From NCBI GenBank assembly GCA_030390025.1, contig CM059431.1, positions 126,916,001-126,980,000 of the forward strand: DNA of 64,000 nt, written 5' to 3'. Of the stretch, positions 47,920 to 60,905 are shown one piece after another. The stretch comes from Squalus acanthias (lineage: Eukaryota). Below the pieces are notes generated by a model. It was not told the DNA's origin, did no database searches, and saw nothing but the letters and a program-made list of their open reading frames with translations. Position numbers and translations under genes: made by a program. Position 1 is the stretch's first letter; every line of letters starts with the position of its first letter.

Positions 47920-48945
47920 GATAGCCAGGACAAGTATAAGGAACATAAGAAAGTTACAAAAATGGAGCATAAGAGGGAGTATGAGAGAAAATGAACAAAA
48001 AATATAAAGGGCCTTAAAAAGGGCTTTCTGTAGCCACATTAGTAGTAAAAGGATAGTCAAGGTAGGGGTGAGGCTGCGAAAAGATGAATCAGACAAGCTT
48101 GTAGTGGACATTGAGGAAATTTCATGCAAAGAAAATAAGTAGTTATATCAGTTTTTGTAAAGCAGGTGGACATCGAGATAACAGAACCATCAAACATGGG
48201 TACAGAAGGATATTGTTCAAAGAGAAATGGTATTAAAGAGGCACCTCAAACTTAAGGCAGACAAATCATTACACCTGATGATTCATCTATGAAGATCCTA
48301 AGGGAAGCTATGGAAGAAATAACGGAGGTGATGATTATAATTTTGTAAAATGCTGTGGAAACTGGAAATTACACTGGAGGATTGGAGGATGGCAAATGAG
48401 ACACCCCTCTTTAAAGAAGGAGGCATAGATAAACCAGAAAAGTTACAGATTACTCCAGTTGCTGGTAGATAACTTTGTACTACTGGTGGGGAGCCTTGCT
48501 CACCAGAAGCACATATTGGAAATTAATTTAAACCAGTTAATCTCCTGTGGCATTGCAGATGGTAAGTCAGAGAGTATGGCGACTCTCTTACCTCCCTCTG
48601 CTGTCTTCACGTTGCTATTTTTCTGTCTCTCTCTCTCTCTATATATATATATCTCCTCTTCTGCTCCCCCTCTTTTCTGTGTCTCTCCCCTTAACTCTTC
48701 ATTTTTTTGTTCTCTTGTGGTGAGAATGTGGAACTCTCTACCACATGGAATGGTTGAGGTGAATAGCATAGATGCATTTAAGGGGAAGCTAGATAAACAC
48801 ATGAGGGAGAAAGGAATAGAAGGATATGTTGATAGGGTGAGATGAAATAAGGTGGGAGGAGGCTCGTGTGCAGCATAAACACTGGAATTGACCTGTTGGG
48901 CCAAATGGCTTGTTTCTGTGCTGTATAATTCTATGTAATTCTATA
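47920..48945 (+). mobile_element. Degraded CR1 fragments (~47920-48450 and 48716-48945)
   Basis: Remnant motifs EDWRMAN..PLFK and VVRMWNSLP, with an ATTCTATGT tail. Confidence 0.7.
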
Positions 48946-49004
48946 CAATTCTTCTACTTCTCTCTCAGTCTTTTCTTTTCTTCTTTCCATTTGGGTAAGC
49001 GGTG

Positions 49005-49441
49005 GTATAACAACTACAACTTGCATTTGTATAGTGCCTTTAATGAAGTAAAAAGGCCCAAGATCCTTCACAGGAGCAATTATCAAACAAAATTTGACAC
49101 TGAGCCACATAGGAGATATTGGGACAGGCGACCGAAACCTTGGTCAAAGAGATAGGTTTTAAGGAGCATCTTAAAGGATGTGAGAGAGGTAGAGAGTCAG
49201 AGATGTTTAGGGAGGGAATTCCAGAGCCTAGGGCCTAGGCCACCAATGGTGGAGCAAAGAAATTTGGGAATGCGAAAGAGGCCAAAAATGGAGGAGCGCA
49301 GAGATCTTGGAGGGTTGAAGAGCTAGAGGAGGTTACTGAGATAGGGAGGAGCGAGGCCATGGATGGATTTGTAAACAAAGATGAGAATTTTTAAATCGAG
49401 ACGTTGCTGGACTGGAAGCCAATGTAGGTCAGCGAACAAAA
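49005..49441 (-). mobile_element. L2 LINE 3' fragment
   Basis: Reverse complement of the L2 tail (ACTATACAAATGCAAGTTGTAGTTG) plus LWNSLP-coding GGAATTCCAGAG. Confidence 0.7.
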
Positions 49442-49750
49442 GGGCTGGATTTTGTGAGTGGAGACGAGTTGGAGGCGGGACTGCTGCTTGTCATGTCAAT
49501 GACCTGCCTCCATCCTCGCCTGACCAACCAGAGGGATTTTCCCTGATTGAGCTTGTTAAGCCCGCCCTGCAGGCTCAGCAGGCCAATTAGGGAGGAAGTC
49601 ACTGACAGAGCACGTCAATGTCAGACGTGCTATCTGTCAAGACTTCTTGAAAGAAGAAGAGTCAGCATTTGACAGCTCTGTGAAGCTGTCAAACACTGAC
49701 ATTCTCTTTAGTTTGATGAGGCCTTATGTGCAGGACTCATCAAACTTTTC
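49442..49750. mobile_element. Left part of a Harbinger-type MITE
   Basis: Starts GGGCTGGATTTTGT and is colinear with 53937-54245. It stops at the Harb-2b left TIR. Confidence 0.72.
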
Positions 49751-52700
49751 GGGCTCGATTTTGCCAGGCCCGATGAGGCAGGATTGGAGGCGTGTGAGGT
49801 GGTAAAATCGCAAAAAATGGTGAGCGAGCCCGATCCCGCCTCCATCCCGCCTCCGAGCAATTTTCCCAAATGCGTGTTTTCTGACCCTGTTTCCATCCCG
49901 TCTCCAAGAGTCCCTTAATGCCCTTAACAACCAGTTAAGTGCCTCTATAATCCCATTTTGAGAGGCCTTTCTGATTTTACCACTTTTCCCACGTCCTGCA
50001 TGTCTCCTCTGGAACACGCCAGTGAATCCTGGCGGCCTCACAAGTTGACTGCTTACTAACAGCTGCAGCTCCACCATTAAAAAGGAGTTTTCAGCAATCA
50101 TCATTTGCAGGTGGCAGAACTTTGTTGTCTCAGGTCTGGGTGAACTTTTAGCAGACATACCCATTGTTGTGGAAGTTTGGAGCCTGACACCCATCTCCAG
50201 TGTGACCTCCTGGGAAACCCCTCTCGCCACCTTGACTGAGCGCTTCCTCAACTGAGGCATATACCAGAAGCATGGGAACCATTTATTTCCTTTCCTCCTG
50301 GACATCAGATTCGGACGAAGACCAGCTGTGGCAGCAGCAGAACCCTGAACAACAGCACCACCAACAGCAGCAGCAACAACAGGAGCACCAAGCTGCTGCT
50401 CACCCACCTGAAGCTGCACAGGCCAGAAGGCACAAGCGCGACCACATTGCTGTCCGGGATGCAAGGGATGCACTCATCTTTCCCAGATTTGCTTAGCCTG
50501 CACAATCAAACAATTTTGCCTCGCATCTTCTTATCAAACCATCGACAATGGCCAAGAACCTGCGGATTCCTATCACTCTGACCACCATACTGACAATTGC
50601 AAGTCGCTCTAAGCCCTCAATGTGAAAGTCCCATTTGCGAAATGACACACGCCACAACTTCAGCAGTTTGCCATCAGAATTTTTTTATCACAACAAGCAA
50701 CTGGTGGCATTTCAAAAATAAACTCAACATAACACCCAAGTGACTACCCTTGTGACTACTTGTGCATTATCTTCCTCTTACGCGTGCTCCTACATGGTGC
50801 TTCCCCTGTGGCTTCAGCAGATGTGGAGATCCCTTGCTCACTTTCTTGCTGCTCCTGTCTCAACACCTTTGGTGGGCGTCCTCTGGGGTTGCGAGCCTGT
50901 GAGGGCTCGGCAACAGTCTGCTGCTCCTGCGGCTGTGCAGGGGATGAGACGCCTATCTCAGTTGGGTGAGGACACTGGTCGGGCTCTGACCGAGGGCTTT
51001 GCAGTGGCATGGTCATTTGAGCGCTTGGAGAGGAGCCCCCACTTCCTTGTTGTCTGCCACCAACATTCTTCTCATGGGTCAGCCCCACTTCAGAGCTAGC
51101 AAGTGGCTTGACAGCACCTTGCTGCACTTCAGGGGGGTCATGAGGACCCATTTCTGCACTGGAAGTCCTTCTCGAGAGGACTTCCATGAAGGGTTGGTTT
51201 CTATGATCAGTAGCTGACCATCGCTCCTCAAGAGATGCCAGTCTATTCTGAACAATGACCATGTTTTCTACACTCTGGTGACTTAGCTCCTCCATGGCCA
51301 TAGCCATCCTCTCCTCTACTGTAGCCATCCTTTCCACGGAGGTTGCCATCCTTTCCGTGGTGATGCGTTCATGCGCCAATGCCTCCACAAAGGCTCTGCT
51401 CATGTTCACGATGGACTCCTCCATTCGCTCGACACTCGCAGCGACACTGGAGACAAAACCTGCCAGAGACTCCTGCACCTGTTCCTGGAGTTCCAGCACC
51501 GCTCTCGTTCTGGATGGACCCGGAGGCACAGGGTCAATATACAGCTGAGCCGAGCTGGCAGAGTCCTGCACCCTCTGACGAGGACTCTCCACCATCTGCT
51601 GATGCTCACTTGTGAGCTGTGATACACCAGGTACCAACACTACTCTATCTCGCGAACGTCCCACCGAGGTGTGAGTGTCTGCGCTGGTGCTGGGTGCGCT
51701 GATTTCTGCTGACGCTGCACCCTCAGAGGTTGCAGCTTCCTCTGAGGAGTCTGGAAGCTCAGACTCTTCCACCAGGACAGTGGGGACGGGTGCTTTCGAT
51801 GGTCCTGTGGGGGAGTAAAGGAAAGAGTTAGAGATGTGAGGTCAAGGTTACATGAACATTGAATAGTGCAGATGATCATAAGTCAATCTGTTAGAGCATC
51901 AGATTCATTATCAGTGAATCATGCAATCTCAATGAGAGAGATGCCAAACTATTCTGTCACCAGCTTGCTGCGATGCGCCCATCTGTCCGTCCCCCACTTG
52001 GGAATCCTCCTCGATCCGGCGATTTCCAGGGCCGCCTCCTCCCAGGCGGTGAGCTGGGCTACTGAGGGTGGCCCTCCTTATGTCATGGCTCTTTCCCTCT
52101 TATTGTGGGCTCTCTTTTCCTGCAATGAGGGGCACAAGTGGAGTTTGAGTGAGAATGAAGGAGTGAGTTTAGATAATCCATTGCATAGATGCTTAGAAGG
52201 ATACAAAGGACCATCCCTGTGTGTTGAAAGTTGTTGTTGTCATGGCATCACAGTGATAGGGAGTGTGAGGGCTGCATGTTCGAATAGTTAAGTGAATGTG
52301 ACCTTCAAGAGAGAGGGAATGGGTAAGGATGCAGGCATGTAAGTGTCAAATGGCATGTGGAGGAAGAGGTTGGCAAAGCAGAGTGGTGGTGAGGAGAGGC
52401 AATGGGGATCAGATTGAGGGTGATGGGAAAGTCATACTCACTTTTCCTGTGCGGAGAAGATTATGGAACCTCTTCCTGCACTGCAGCCATGTTCTGCGGC
52501 TCATTGATATGGAGTTGACCTCCTGCGCCACTTGCAGCGACACAGCTTTTGTCTGCTGGGGTGGCTTTTTTCTCCCTGAGGAAGGGAACAGCACCTCCTT
52601 ATTACCTCTGGCTCCGTGCACCAGAGCTTGGAGGGAGGGCTCATCAAACCGAGGTGAACACTTTTGCTTGATCGTGGACATTGTCGGGAAATCAACACCT

Positions 52701-52960
52701 TCATACAATTTGCAGAGCCTTTGCAGTCTCCAGAGGAAGCAAGACTGCTTGCAGGTCTTAAATCCAGCAGCATTGACGACATCATTGGAGGCGACTTTCT
52801 GTATGAAAAGATCATTGGGCCAGGTGTTCCCACACGCAGGAAATCAATTGCCCAATTAGGGGAAAATCCAACTTTTTCAGCACTTCACTTCGGAGTCGGA
52901 GTCCTGACACGATTTCCACCTGACACGTCCCAGCCCGCCCACACTAACAAAATCCAGCCC
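49751..52960. mobile_element. Harb-2b: non-autonomous deletion derivative of the Harb-2 family, 3210 bp
   Basis: TIRs GGGCTCGATTTT / AAAATCCAGCCC. The transposase is reduced to a 74-aa N/C fusion (50272-50496). The Myb gene (52681-50756, minus) has a TAA and a 1-nt deletion in exon 2. Confidence 0.9.
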
Positions 52961-53859
52961 TGTGTGTGTGCGTCTTTCTTTCTCTCATAGGTGTTAGAAA
53001 TTAGAATCATTGTCTTACAGGTAAGTGATTAGTACTGACTTTTTCTAACTGTCAGCAAAATACAGGGGAGATAATTGGCTTAAAAATTCATTTGTTGTTT
53101 TTTAAAAACTGGACTAATATTAATAGGAAAATTATTTCTGTCACCAGCTCTCATTCGGTTAATATAGTTTCTAAAGGTTACAGAACACAAATGTGCTATC
53201 AAAGAAATGAGGGGGTGAATTTCCTCGCTGTTTTCGATGTAATACATACTCAGGGAAAGCAACTTTTTGTGGTACAAAGCTGGGACAGAAGCAGATTTGC
53301 CAGTTTATCAACAGAAAATTGCTATCCACCAAATTCCTTCATGCTTGTTGGCCCTTCCTGCTATCCAGCTGCCAAGTCCCAAATACCTTCCTTTAAATAT
53401 ATCATAATGAGAGGCAAAAGCACAGCAATTCGGAGATTCCTGCATTTGCACTCACGCTGCATACAGGGTAACTTTGACTGAAGATTATATGGCGCACCTG
53501 CTGCCCAGACCAGATGGGACAGGCGGTGAGTAGTTTTAGAGCCTGAATGGTGTGGAGAGTTTCACTGGTGATTTCTGCAGCTGGCATTGTAAAGGGCTAT
53601 TTCTACTATTTCTGGGCAAGGATGAAAAGAGAGGGTGTCCAATGCATTACCTTACCTGCCCTTGTAAGGTCATTCAGTGCCCGTATCACCTCCCTTCAGA
53701 TGGTAAGAGTAACAGTTCTGGCAGGCATACTAGTATGGACGCCTAGGAATCTGTAACCTCCTTAATTCGATTTCCTCAAGGACGGTTTGCTGGTCAGAAT
53801 CTGGGAAATTGTAACATCTTATTCCCAGCCTGTGTGTCATACCCTGCTACCTTCTTTGG

Positions 53860-55468
53860 CTGCATGTGATCCTAATATGATAGAATTTTACATTGGGTTT
53901 GAGAGTGAAATATATAAGTACAAAACTAGAGTCTTAGGGGGTGATTTTATCAATGGGGACGTGATGGAGGTGGGAAAACTGCTTGTCGGGTTTTAGTCCC
54001 TGCCTCCATCGATGTCTGGCCAACCCATGCTATTTTCCCTTGATTGGCCTTGTTAAGCCCGCCCAGCGGGCTTAGCCGGCCAATTAAGGGAAAGCCGGTG
54101 ACAGATGACGTCAGCGAATGACGTTTCATCTGTCAAGATTTTTTGACAGATGAATTGTCATCGTTTGACAGCTCTGTGAAGCTGTCAAACACTGACAATC
54201 TGTCTTCTAAGTTGACTCCTTTACTGAAGACTCACTTAGAAAGCTTTCCTGAGCAGAAAGCAGAAGGCTGCTGCATTTAAGAATGGAGCGGCCATTCTGC
54301 TTTCTCTGCCGGTGAGATGAGGGAGCTCCGCAGCCTAAAGGGATGAAGCCTGGAGGAAGAAGCAAAGGTAAGTAATCTTATTAAAACACTTTAGACTCAC
54401 CTCACACACTTACCTCTCCACACTTGCAATCATCACTCACCTGCACACCGGACATTTTGGCCCCTCTGACCCCTGCAGACCCACAGCTCACCTCGCTGAC
54501 CTGGCGAGGTTCGGAGCCATGGGGAAGCCCACACTTTAGGGCTCAAAATAGGGATTAACCAAAAAACTGCCTGTTAACTACCTGTTAACAGGCAGTTAAT
54601 TAGCACTAATCCCCTTCCCGCCTCGAGGAGACGGGACCCGGCGCGGGTCGGGTACCTGCCTCCTGGGAAGATGGCATGGAGGCGGGTTGGGGCGGGATGA
54701 GTACCCGCTCCCCGATTCTGCCATTTCTCGGCATTCCCGCCTCCATACCCGCCTCCCCAGGGCTGGGAGAATCGCCCCCTTAAACTTAAATAAAGCCAAT
54801 TACATAGGTATGAGGGACAAGTTGGCTAAGGTAGATTGGGAAATCAGATTAATAGGTATGACAGTTGATAAGCAGTGGCAAATATTTAAAGAAATATTCC
54901 AAAATTCTCAACAAATATACATTCCATTGAAAAATAAAAACTCCATGTGAAAAGTGATCCATCCGTGGCTAACTAAAGAAATTAAGGATATATTAGATTA
55001 AACGAAGAGGCTTATAACGTTGTGAAGAATAGTAGTAAGCCTAAGGATTGGGAGAGCTTTAGAAACCAGCAAAGGATAACCAAAAACTTGATAAAAAGGG
55101 ATAAAATAGAATGAGTGTAAACTAGCAAGAAATATAAAAACAGATTGTAAGAGCTTCTACAAGTATGAAAAATGGAAGAGAGTAGCAAAAGTAAGCGTTG
55201 GTCCCTTAGAGGCTGAGACAGGAGAAATTATAATGGGGAATAAGGAAATGACAGAGACTTTAAACAAATATTTTGCATTTGTCTTTACAGTAGAAAACAC
55301 AAAAAGCATACCAAAAATAGTGGGGAATCAAGGGACTAATGAGAGTGAGGAACTTAAAGTAATTAAGATCAGTAGAGAAAAAGTACTTGAGAAACTAATG
55401 GGACTAAAAGCTGATAAATCCCCTGGACCTGATGGCCTACATCCTATGGTTCTAAAAGAGGTGGCTAC
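53860..55468 (+). mobile_element. CR1 ORF2 internal fragment split by a MITE
   Basis: KTRVL-NLNKANY is joined across 53937-54779; continues to GLKADKSPGPDGLHP. Confidence 0.85.
53937..54779. mobile_element. Harbinger-type MITE, 843 bp
   Basis: TIRs GGGGGTGATTTT / AGAATCGCCCCC and TSD TTA (53934-53936 and 54780-54782). Confidence 0.88.
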
Positions 55469-57769
55469 AGAGCAATGTTCCCTCTATTTGATTTTGTACT
55501 GAGCGGGTCACGAACTCCTTTGAGCGCGACCTTTATATCCGTGGGCAAATTTTACAACAACAACAACAACATCAACAACAATGATGACAGCAACAGCAAC
55601 CACTTAAAAGTATGTATACAGTAATGCCATATTGCCACCCCACTGTCTCAAATCATGAGACAATCAGACTAGGTTCTATACAAGTTTAATATAACTTCTC
55701 TGCTTTTGAATTCTATTCCTCTAGAAATGAACCCCAGTGCTTTATTTGCCATTTTATGGTTTTTTAACCTGCATTCCTACTTTAAATGATTTGTGAATTT
55801 ATACCCCTAGATCCCTTTGCACGTCTATTCCATTTAGACTCTTATTTGCCAAGGAGTAGGTGGCCTCCTTATTCCTCCTACCAAAATGCACCACCTCACA
55901 CTTATCTATATTGAAATTAATTTGTCATTTACATGCCCATTCTGCAAGTTTGTTTACGGTAGAATTAATTAAAAGCTTTTAGTTCGTCATCTACAAACTC
56001 TTTCTAAAAAATAAAATTACTTGTCAGAAATGACTGGGATATAACAGAACTGCATAATAATGCATTAACACTTCAGAAACATCACTCAGTTACACGGTTA
56101 TGCATCGACAAACAATCCAAAAGCCCAAGGTGAGCTGAAAGAGCATATCTATTCAAGCAATTTGTATTAATTTTAAAGTTTTCAACATATTAGCCCATCC
56201 CTCATGTCACTATAGCAATGGCTGCACAAGCAGCGGTTTTCCTATGGCGCTGACGTGCTGTACATCCACATAAGTAATTAGAATATTAATCACAATGCAA
56301 CCAGACAACCAACAAATATGAAGGGCTGAAAGGTTAACTCTGTTTCTCTCTCCACAGATGCTGCCTGACTTGCTGAGTATTTCCAGCATTTTCTGTTTTT
56401 ATTTGTGGTTTCTTCTAAAGTAGCTTCCTGCAATTTTTATACATAACTCTTGTTTCTATTAACACTCCAGTAAACGTAAAGAGGAAATCGATATTTATAT
56501 TATTCCTGGAACTTGTTTGGACGATAGAACGACAGACAAAATAAAATGGTTGTGTTTTCCCCTTTTTTGGTTTCTTCCTAAACATCTTAATTACACATTT
56601 TTAAAAAGTCAATAAAAAGTAATATGTAACTCCTACAAATACTCCCCTACCCTCCCTCTCCTCAACAGTGTGGTTATGTTTTTGTGTAAAGCTACTCACT
56701 TCAGTTGATCGTTCAAAATCATATATTGAGAAATTTGAATTTTAAAATGTTTTAAGCATTTCAGAGCCTCTTTAAAAGCATTTGGACTTCAAGACCTGGC
56801 TGAAACTTGTTTAGATGAGAGTAAAATTGATTTTTGCTTGTTTCTTCCAAAATCATATTTGAAACTTAGGGGGGAAAAAGTGTTTTTAGCACTAATTTTT
56901 TGTGAAAAGTTCATTAAAATTCTTTAAATTCTATCAAGTCTCAGAGCAGCTTTGACCGAAGAAGTTGCTCCAAGTTTCTCTTTCCCTCTTCAACGCCGTC
57001 ATTAAACATACAAAAAAAAATAATAAAATAAACTCTAATTCCAAATGGAGCGCAAATAAGAAAGTGAATAAAGTGGTTAAACTTCCTAAGAAGCCTGTGA
57101 GGTTATCTATCCCCAGCCTTGGCGATGAGTTGGGATCAGTTTTGGAGATGTCGTTTCCTCTTTTTCTGCTGCCGTTCCCTCCATCTCTCTCAGACTTTGA
57201 GTTACAAACGGGGGCACAAACTTTTTTTCCTCTCTCACAACTTAATTTAAATAACCTTGATAAACTCTTTCAAAAAGGGGACAACACCTGGCAAAATTTA
57301 ACTGGCACTTACCACGGGACATTCATCATCACTTTTCCATTTTGTTCCGGCTTTAAACAATTTTCCAATTTTTAAAACCTTTTTATCTCACATTTTTGTT
57401 TCACCACAGGCCTAAAATTGTTTGCTTTAGCCTCCTTCCAGCGGCCATTGTACATGAGCTGCGCCTCCACCTGTGTTGTTCCAAAGTGCAGCCGTCGTTC
57501 AGTCCCCAGGAACGGACTACACACGTCTCCACAGAAAAAAGTTACTGATAAATCCCGAGACAATGCTTGCTGGTTTCCAGGCCTCTGTATCTTAGCAAAT
57601 GCTGTTCCAATTTGGATCGGCTCTGAGGTCACAAACAACTCTCTGTGAGGATTCCCAGGCCGGGCCTAGAAATTGCCCTACGCCTGCTTGCATCAACTGT
57701 AATCGGACGATTTTCAGGCATCCTTGGGGTGTAGGACGTTGGTCTCCAAAATTAGACATTGTTGCGCCC

Positions 57770-58120
57770 ATTTAACTGCCCTCTGAAGTGGCCAAGAAAG
57801 CCACTCAGTTGTATCAAACCACTACAAAGAAAAACATGAATCAAACTTTACGGATCACTTGTCTGCAACCTAGGCATAGAATCAGGACATGATGAAGGCA
57901 AATCCAGCCCAGAAAACCCTGCAAAGTCCTCCTCACGAACATCTGGTGACTTGTGCCAAAGTTGGGAGAGCTTTACTACAGACTAGTCAAGCAATAACCT
58001 GACATAGTCATATGCACAGAATTAAAGCTATCAGCCAATGTCCCAGATTTTTCTATCACCATCCCTGCGTATATCGTGTCCCAACAGCAGGACACACCAA
58101 ACAGAGGTGAGGGCACAGCA
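57770..58120 (+). mobile_element. 5' fragment of a CR1/L2-group LINE (start of endonuclease), degraded
   Basis: Remnant PAKSSSRTSG and QxPDIVICTE motifs. Confidence 0.5.
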
Positions 58121-58193
58121 AGACTGCTTATTTCCACATCTGTAATATCACCTGTCTCTGCCCCTGCCTAAGCTCATCTGCTGCTGAGTCCCT

Positions 58194-60905
58194 CATAAGA
58201 ACATAAGAAATAGGAGCAGGAGTAGGCCATACGGCCCCTCGAGCCTGCTCCGCCATTCAATAAGATCATGGCTGATCATCGACCTCAACTGCACTTTCCC
58301 GCCCCATCTCCATATCCCTTGATTCCATAGAGTCCAAAAATCTATCTATCTCGCCTTGAATATACTCAAAGACATAGCATTCACAGCCCTCTGGGGCAGA
58401 GAATTCCAAAGATTCACAACCCTCTGAGTGAAGAAATTCCTCCTCATCTCAGTCTTAAATGGCCTACCCCTTATCCTGAGACTATGCCCCCTAGTTCTAG
58501 ACACTCCAGCCAAGGGAAACAACCTCTTAGCATCTACCCTGTCAATCCCCTTCAGAATCTTGTATGTTTCAATGAGATCACCGCTCATTCTTCTAAACTC
58601 CAGAGAGTATAGGCCCATTCTACACAATCTCTCATCATAGGAAAGCCCTCTCATCCCAGGAATCAATCTAGTGAACCTTCGTTGTACCGCCTCCAAGACC
58701 AGTATATTCTTCGTTAGATAAGGAGACCAAAACTGTGCACAGTACTCCAAGTGTGGTCTCACCAAAGCCCAGTACAATTGTAGCAAGACTTCCTTACTCG
58801 TATACTCCAACCCATTTTCAATAAAGGCCAACATGCCATTTGCCTTCCTTATTGCTTGTTTTACCTGCATGCTAGTTTTCTGTGTTTCTTGCACGAGGAC
58901 ACCAAAATCTCTCTGAACATCAACACATGAAAGTTTCTCACCATTTAAAAAATATTGTTTTTCTATTCTTCCTACCAAAGTGAATAACCTCATATTTCCC
59001 TATATTATACTCCATCTGCCACCTTACTGCCCACTCACTTAGTCTATCTATATCCCTTTGCAGACTCTTTGTATTCTCCTCACAGCTTACTGTACCACCT
59101 AGCTTTGTATCATCAGCAAACGTGGATACATTATACTCAGTCCCTTCATCTAGATCATTAATATAGATTGTAAATAGCTGAGGTCCAACACTGATCCTTG
59201 CGACACCCCACTAGTTACACCCTGCCAACCTGAAAAAGATCCATCTATCCCTACTCTCTGTTTTCTGTCTGTTAACCAATCCTCTATCCATGCTACTATA
59301 TTACCCCCAACCCCATGAGCCCTAATCTTGTGTAATAGCATTTTATGTGGCAGCTTATCAAATGCCTTTTGGAAATCCAAATATACTACATTCACTGGTT
59401 CCCCTTTATCTATCCTGCTAGTTACTTCCTCAAAAAAATCTAATAAATTTGTCAATCACAATTTCCCTTTCATAAAACCATGTTGACTCTGCCTAATCAG
59501 GTTATGATTTTCTAAGTGCCCTGATACCACTTCCTTAACAATGGATTCCAGCATTTTCCTGATGACTGATGTCAGGCTAACTGGCCTGTAGTTCCCTGTT
59601 TTTTTCTCTCTCTCCTTTCTTGAATAGTGATGTTATATTTGTGACCTTCCAGTCCGCTGGGACCATTCCAGAATCTAGGGAATTTTGGAAGATCAAAACC
59701 AATGCATCCACTATCTCTTCAGCCACCTATTTTAGAACCCTAGGATGTAGGTTGTCAGGTCCAGAGGATTTGTCGGCTTTTAGTCCCATTAGTTTCTCCA
59801 TTACTTTTTTTCTACTTATATTAATGACGTTAAGTTCCTCACACTCATTAGACACTTGGTTCGCCACCATTTTTGGTATGCTTTTTGTGTTTTCTACTGT
59901 GAAGACAGATACAAAATATTTGTTTAACATTTCTGCCATTTCCTTATTCCCCATAATAATTTCTCCTGTCTCAGCCTCGAAGGGACCAACGTTTACTTTG
60001 CTACTCTTTTCCTTTTTACATACTTGTAGAAACTCTTACAATCTGCTTTTATATTTCTTGCTAGTTTTCACTCATTCTATTTTTTCCCTTTTTATCAATT
60101 TTTTGATCAACCTTTGCTGATTTTTGAAACTCTCCCAATCCTCAGGCTTATTATTATTCTTTGCAAAATTATAAGTTTCTTCTTTCAATCTAATGTTATC
60201 CTTAACTTCTTTAGTTAGCAACGATTGGATCACTTTTCCCATGGAGTTTTTGTTTCTCAATGGAATGTATTTTTGTTGAGAATTATGAAATATTTCTTTA
60301 AATGCTAGCCACTGCTTATCTACCGCCATGCGTTTTAATCCATTTTTCCAATCTACCTTAGCCAACTCGCCCCTCATACCGATGTAGTTGGGTTTATTTA
60401 AGTTTAAGACTCTAGTTTTGGACTTAGGCAAGTCACTCTTAAAATTAATGTGAAATTCTAGCATATTATGATCACTCTGCCCCAGAGGATCCTTTACTAT
60501 ATGATTGCTAATTAACCCTATTTCATTACACAATACAAGATTTAAAATAACCTGTTCCCTGGTTGGTTCCATGAAATATTGTTCTAGGAAACTGTCCTGA
60601 ATGCATTCCAAGACCTCGTCCTCCAGACTACCTTTGCCAATTTGATTTGTCCAGTCTATATGAAGATTAAGTCCCCTAACATTATTGCATTACCTTTGTT
60701 GCAAGCTGCTAATATTTCTTGATTAAGATTCTGTCCAATGGTTAAGCTACTGTTAGGGGGCCTACTAGTGTTTTCCTACTACTCCTACTAGTGTTTTCTG
60801 CCCCTTGATATTCCTTATCTCCACCCATACTGATTCTACTTCCTGATCTTCCGAGCTGAGATCCTTTCTCGCTACTGTCCTTATGTCATCCTTTATTATC
60901 AGGGC
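58194..60905 (-). mobile_element. CR1 LINE ORF2 to 3' tail, interrupted at 60905 by ERV-C
   Basis: ORF fragments 60072..60611, 59727..59954, 59150..59455 and 58346..58993; (TTCTTATG)n tail. Confidence 0.92.

Noticed and set aside
55500..57770. Unique-looking AT-rich region with ORF 56965..57375
   Set aside because: Low complexity, no credible domain, and interspersed with an old CR1 fragment and a Penelope-type tail. No feature could be supported.
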